A DNA stretch of 64,000 bases. Origin: Marsupella aquatica (lineage: Eukaryota > Plantae > Marchantiophyta). The stretch is from the NCBI GenBank assembly GCA_973895155.1, contig OZ316895.1, positions 1,362,435 through 1,426,434 on the forward strand. The letters are read 5' to 3'. The notes beneath the pieces were generated by a model. That model did not search any database. It had not been told where the DNA came from and worked only from the letters and a program-made list of their open reading frames with translations. Below, piece after piece: positions 60,550 to 64,000 of this stretch; within the stretch, counting starts at the first letter, position 1; the number at the start of each line of letters is the position of its first letter. A program made the position numbers and the translations under genes.

Positions 60550-63500
60550 TGTGATGCCTAGACAGGAATCACTCGGCCGGTTAAGTGGGTAAAGTAGGAA
60601 GGCACCCTAGGAACACCTTAGTATAGGGACAAAACAAGGAAAATATAAACAATTAAGGGCAACCATGGAACCCGGGCCGAGGCCGGAGGTAAGGCTGAGG
60701 GTGAAAACCCGATTAGGGTTTAGGGCGCGTTAAGCATCGGCGGCTAGGAAGGATCAACGGGAAGAAGGACCGGCGGAGGAGAGGGGTAAGAAGCGCTTGC
60801 AGGAGATGGTGGCTCATTTGCGAGCACGAACTAGGCAGACGACTATGGGAGGCCAACTACTGTCAGCTGCTTAGGGCAAGCACTCGGGGAGAGAGTAGAT
60901 ACCGACGATCGACCTAAGGAGGGTATGAGCAATGTCAATCAAGCGGCACATTTCTGGGGATGCCTGTTCGAACGGGCAACTGAGTACATCAAGACTTACG
61001 AGGACGAGGAGTCAGAAAGGGCAGCTCGAGAACGGCAGGAGCTCGCTCGATTGTGGGAGCTGCAGAAGACGGATTTCTTAGGAGGCGAACTCATCAAGGA
61101 CGAGTTCCTGTGGACGCCTACTTCCAATCAACTCGACGATCTTCTGTTTTGCAAAGACAGCATCGTCGGCATCCGAGAGGCCATCAAGAACTGCAACGAC
61201 ATACACTGGGAATTAAAGGGTAGCACGGAAAGGTGGACCCAGGCAACGGTGCTAGGAGAAACCTCCACGGCAGCAGAGATGAAGAGGAAGGGAGCCGTCA
61301 ACGATGAAGCCACCCCGGCAAAAAGAACGAGGTCGGCGGCACCAAAGAAGCCAGCCGAGCAGCAGAACAGGAGGCAGGGAGAAGCCGAAGAGGAGGAGGT
61401 CGATCCCATCAAGGCCATTCCAACCAGGGATGACACCTGGAAGGGCTGGGCGGCAACCCTACCGGTGGAGGTGCAACTACATTTTGCACGGGAGGAGGAT
61501 GCATGCTTGACGGCCATGCAGACCAAGAAGTACCAAGGCTTCATGGCCGGATCTGGCTTGGAGGCCTTTGTAAGATTACCATGGCTGAAGCCGGAGGTAC
61601 CGGAGTCAGACCTATTAGAATTCGTGGGGTCATGGGAACCCGAGACCAATTGCACGAGGATATATGGGAAGGATTTCTATCTTACTCCCAAGGTAATTGC
61701 CGAAGTGTTTGGCTTGCCGATAGGCAATAAGACCAAAGTTGATACCAGGAAGACCTTGCCTGACAAGGAGTTCCGGTCGTTCCCCGGGCCATCAACGAAG
61801 AATGGCTTCTTCCGGAACACCTGCACCAACCCGCACATAGGAGAGATGATCGACTTCTTGCGGGTGACCATGCATTGTAACTTGCCGAGGGCAGAGATCG
61901 GCAAGGCACAGGTCTATCTGGCAGAAAGGCCAGACCCAAGCCGGGACTACAACGGGTACCTCCTCAACCAATTGAAGAAGATCTTAAAAGGAGGAGCAGC
62001 AGGTAATCGGCATGGGGAGCGTGTCGCGGCTGGGCTATCACATGCCGCTGTTGTGCCGGTATGCCAGAGGTCAGACTTTTGCCCCGGTACTTCCCCTGCA
62101 GGTAAGGGCACCCGAGGAAGCTCCAACGCCGAGGCCGTTGGCTGAGAAGCCTCAACCACCTGTTAGTCCTACGATCGAGCACGTGTTTAGGCCCAGGAAG
62201 GAGGACTTGCCGATGCAGCAACCAGGCATGCAGAGTCTGCTGAAACTACTGGAGAAAGAAAAGAAATCGGCATCGGCAACAACAACGGCAACGGCAACAA
62301 TGCAGGACACTACTACAGAGGTAGGCCTACACCGGCTCACAAGAGAAAACCCCTTTGCTGGAGACAAGGAGAGAATCAGGCCGGAATCCAAGCCAGGTGT
62401 TCGAATGTACGTGGGAACCTCAAGCTCCGAATCTGAGGCAGAATTGCCTGAAGCTCCTACCGACGAAGAGGAGAGGGAGAAGCCGGACGTCCAAGAAGTA
62501 GAGGAGGCAGTGGAGGACTGCAGCCATGATAATTCCGGCTATGGGTCGGACCATCACGTTCCAGGAGTAAGGACCTGTGGCCGGTTTGTCCCCACACTTC
62601 CAAGGGTAGTGCGAGGGGACCCCAACCAGCAGAGTAGCCCTGAGTCTCCCCCACCAGATGTTGCTCCCCCGAGCTTCGACGGCATAAAACAGACGGTGCA
62701 GGAATTTCAGGAGCGAATCAAGCAGGAGGAGGAGGCCGCCCTGGCTAAGGAAAAGGATTTACCAGGAGGAGATTGGCCGGAGGACATCAGGCGGCTAGCC
62801 AAAAAAGGAAGCAAACCTCTAGCCACGATTGAAGAGATCCGCAGGACGGCTTGGGAGCAGAGGCCGCGATGGGCGATGCCGATCACTTCTACTTACTCCA
62901 CCTACGCTAAGAATAGAGCCATGGAGTATGGTGAGATGTGTGGGGAACTTGCGCTCGGCATCTTTGGAGAGGAGTTGGAGGTAGGACCCTTTTTCCATAG
63001 GGAGCAGTTGGAGAAGCACCAATTAGAAGAAGCGGTGGCTTTAGAGAGAAGCAAGAAGGACGAGGTCATTCGGCGGCTTAGGAGGATGGAAGCCGAGATT
63101 GAAGATCTAAGGGCGGCCAAGAAAGCCCAAGATGAACTGCGGATTAAACGACATGAGCTGAACATCATGCAGGGGCAGTTGGACACCGCGCAGGCTGATA
63201 ATCAGAATATCAAGGATAAACTGACTCAGACGCAGGAAGAGTTGGCCGACACGATCAAAGAGAGGGAGAAGTGGAAGCAAGAGCTGAAGAATACAAAGGA
63301 GGCCCACATAACAGCCAACAGCCGGGCCATGGCGGAGACCCAAAGAAAGGAATGGGCGTTGAAAGGGGAGCTCGAGAAAATCCGTGGAGCCCTTGAGCAG
63401 AAGGAGGTCGAGTTAGGGAAATCCTATCAAGGGATTATGGCGCTGCAGCAGGAGCTTGCGTCCCTGACGGCCAGCTTCAAGGCCGACCTAAGGGAGAAGG

Positions 63501-64000
63501 ACGAGATGCTCGAACAGACTTACGCCAAGATGAACCAGATGGAGTCTGTCATCATTGCAGAGCTCGACAAGGAGCTAAAAGCAACCCAGGAGGAGAGGAC
63601 TACCTTGAAACAAGAACGGGAGGAAGCCCAAAAGGAACTAGAGGAGGCACGCAAGGACCTGGATGAGACCCAGGAGGAGTTGGAGGAAATCACGAGAAAG
63701 ATGGAGAACCTCCAGCGGCGGGCCGACAACCAAACGGAGCGGCTAAAGAAACAAGCCGCAGTATTTAGGTGCTTGTCTTCATCAGGCCCAACTCCAATTG
63801 GGGCAACCAAGTTACCAGGAGTGGTACTGGCCGAAGAAAAAGCCGCGCCAACTGCACCAGTGCCGGAGGTAAGTGGGAAGGGGAAGGGACCAGCTGCCGA
63901 ACCAGAAAAGAAGAAAAAGCGGAAACCTTCAGGGTCAAGGAGTAATCCGACTCCACAAGCCGTGGTGACCAAAGAGGTAGAACCAGCACCATCCTCCAAC
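60550..64000 (+). mobile_element. Second, inverted copy of the ORF-bearing element (copy 2), truncated by the window end
   Basis: Starts TGTGATGCCTAGACAGGAATC, the reverse complement of the copy 1 end at 60100; collinear to ~56650 with scattered substitutions; left flank CAAGG is the predicted TSD. Confidence 0.9.
60665..64000 (+). pseudogene. Copy 2 of the long ORF; +1 frameshifts at ~60720, ~60875 and ~61988; appears open from ~61990 to the window end
   Basis: ATG at 60665 corresponds to 59985; track ORF 60925-62145 leaves the true frame at ATCTTAAAAGG (copy 1 ATCTTAAAGG); MQSLLKLLEK resumes at 62228. Confidence 0.8.

Noticed and set aside
55438-64000. The two inverted copies as giant TIRs of one foldback element
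   Set aside because: Copy 1 has its own TSD on both sides, and the spacer is host LTR plus flank, so they are separate insertions.

Overview
Eukaryotic land-plant nuclear DNA; a bryophyte or lycophyte source is only a guess. Three spliced host genes: a DUSP12/YVH1-type phosphatase (+, 767-4251), plastid sigma factor SIG5 (-, 5837-9827) and a DUF212/YuiD-family membrane protein (+, 36373-38977). Much of the rest is transposon-derived. (i) A ~16.3 kb CACTA/En-Spm element (15521-31834) carries TnpD and TnpA plus co-oriented cargo genes: a stand-alone EDM2-type PHD-finger module, a tandem-BRCT protein, an F-box-only protein and a Cys-rich ORF. Telomere repeats sit where its left TIR should be. 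(ii) Four solo LTRs of one Copia LTR family. (iii) A full Copia element (42330-60317, TSD GACAT) with a second Copia (44910-51317, TSD GAAAA) nested in its pol. (iv) A 4,663-bp TG..CA unit with a 5-bp TSD splits the outer 5' LTR. It has no gag/pol, behaves like a giant solo LTR, and holds a reconstructable 1,211-aa ORF. A second, inverted copy starts 449 bp away and runs off the window. The best candidates for undescribed systems are the protein-coding giant LTR and the CACTA cargo cassette. All homology calls are motif recognition by eye, not database searches.
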